A stretch of DNA of 64,000 nucleotides, taken from IMG/VR virus record IMGVR_UViG_3300024272_000009; one strand, 5' to 3'. This document shows positions 63,079 through 64,000 of this stretch, piece by piece (positions within the stretch are counted from its first letter, which is position 1; each line of letters starts with the position of its first letter). This DNA comes from a virus (Duplodnaviria; Heunggongvirae; Uroviricota; Caudoviricetes). A program made the position numbers and the translations under genes. A model generated the notes under the pieces. That model saw only the letters and a program-made list of their open reading frames with translations, was not told the DNA's origin and did no database searches.

Positions 63079-64000
63079 TTACTTGCAAATTTCACCGAGT
63101 TCTTCGTCTAACAAAGTAGAATTCTCAATAGTTGCTTTGCAACACTCAATAAATCTGGCGAGGTGATCTACAGTAAGGTCAAGCTCAGTTACTTCTGATT
63201 CACTAGCTACTTGACGTTTAGTTAAGATTATTCTAGACTCAGTAATATTATTGAGCGTACTAATTTTATTCTTAGTCTGTTCAACAAGCGCCTGCTCACA
63301 CTTAATAGATACAACAGAGTTATTTTTTAAACCATCTAGACACAAAATATCGCTTTCACAGTCAATTTGTATCTTATAAAAATTATAGGCATAAGGATTT
63401 TCTATGTACTCCAGTTGCAAAGTTTCTGTGTCAAGAATGGCAATATTGTGTCTATACTTCATAGCATCTTCACCAAAATCTTTACCAGTTAGATTACCTA
63501 AGTTAATAACTTTCGGTGATAACGCTTGTCCGTTGTGTAAATGACCATTTAAGAAAAGATCGCAATTTGCCTCAATTTCCTCAATACTAAAGCCAGTTTT
63601 AGAAACAACAGGACCAAGCTGAATACCACTGATGTCATTATGAGAAAAAATAATTCGATGCGGATTAAAAGTGTGCTCTGTGAAATACTCATTCAAAGGC
63701 TTTCTATCGCACTCAGTTACATATGGTAGAAAGCATAGATCACAGTCTCCTGCCTGCAACATCAGAGGCTCAGTAATTACTCTATGATTATCATTGCTTA
63801 GACAATTTGCTGAGTTAAAAGTTAAACTGCTATTAGATGCATCATGGTTACCAACAAGATGATAATGCTGTAGCCAAGACCACTGAATATCCTGACAAGC
63901 AGTAATAGTCTCACTCGTTAAATCAGGCTTATCAAAGAAGTCTCCAAGGCTAATAATATAATCACAGCCGAGCTCTTCCGCCTTTCTTTCAAGCCAGTTC
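63079..64000 (-). CDS. Mre11/SbcD-like calcineurin-type phosphoesterase (T4 gp47-like), 5' end beyond window
   Basis: The reading frame stays open upstream of the tracked Met through to the window edge. The extended translation contains LGDFFD (motif II), GNHD (motif III) and DNH. Confidence 0.75.
   Translation of the reverse strand, partial: NWLERKAEELGCDYIISLGDFFDKPDLTSETITACQDIQWSWLQHYHLVGNHDASNSSLTFNSANCLSNDNHRVITEPLMLQAGDCDLCFLPYVTECDRKPLNEYFTEHTFNPHRIIFSHNDISGIQLGPVVSKTGFSIEEIEANCDLFLNGHLHNGQALSPKVINLGNLTGKDFGEDAMKYRHNIAILDTETLQLEYIENPYAYNFYKIQIDCESDILCLDGLKNNSVVSIKCEQALVEQTKNKISTLNNITESRIILTKRQVASESEVTELDLTVDHLARFIECCKATIENSTLLDEELGEICK

Noticed and set aside
1-64000. Search for CRISPR arrays, rRNA, tRNA, integrase/att sites and transposases
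   Set aside because: No regularly spaced direct repeats with unique spacers were seen. No rRNA-like or tRNA-like segments were seen. No integrase, recombinase or IS-like ORFs were seen. The window appears to be purely lytic-phage core and accessory DNA.

Overview
The window is a 64-kb fragment of an AT-rich tailed dsDNA phage genome (Caudoviricetes). Nothing here looks like host chromosome. Every credible gene is on the minus strand, with tight packing, strong GGAGG/AGGAG ribosome-binding sites and frequent 4-30 nt overlaps. All plus-strand ORFs in the track look like antisense artefacts. Gene content, read along the minus strand from coordinate 64000 downward, runs as follows. (1) A T4-like DNA end-processing pair: an Mre11/SbcD-like nuclease (cut by the window edge) and a Rad50/SbcC-like ATPase. 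(2) A block of small unknown genes. (3) A peptide-deformylase-like protein with a degenerate catalytic motif, a ribbon-helix-helix (RHH) regulator and a type IA topoisomerase. (4) A triad of MoxR-like AAA+ ATPase, HExxH metallopeptidase and vWA-domain acidic protein. (5) A Pol-beta-type nucleotidyltransferase-domain protein and a SWIM zinc-finger protein. (6) A complete morphogenesis module. It runs large terminase, portal, protease/scaffold-like protein, major capsid protein, neck proteins, sheath-like and tube-like proteins, an overlapping chaperone-like pair that is a candidate programmed frameshift, a 1162-aa tape measure protein and distal tail proteins including a LysM protein. (7) An accessory island carrying a GatB/YqeY protein, an SPFH/band-7 membrane protein, a NadR-like bifunctional NMN adenylyltransferase/ribosylnicotinamide kinase, a PnuC transporter and a lipoprotein. 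(8) Repeat-containing unknown proteins. (9) A 570-bp non-coding AT-rich region with GC-rich palindromes and a zinc-ribbon gene flanked by an identical 11-mer. (10) An SNF2-family helicase, a Cys-rich acidic protein and the anaerobic ribonucleotide reductase pair NrdD/NrdG. Intergenic regions carry two recurrent motif families. One is sigma-A-like extended -10 promoters (TGnTATAAT), two of them inside a duplicated ~85-bp cassette. The other is a highly conserved GCTAAATTA box present at least 14 times. Intergenic regions also carry many hairpin terminators, some sharing identical stems. The most interesting candidates are three. First, the phage-borne PnuC+NadR NAD+ salvage pair, which may counter NAD-depleting immunity. 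Second, the MoxR/metallopeptidase/vWA triad. Third, the origin-like non-coding region around 11.6-12.7 kb.
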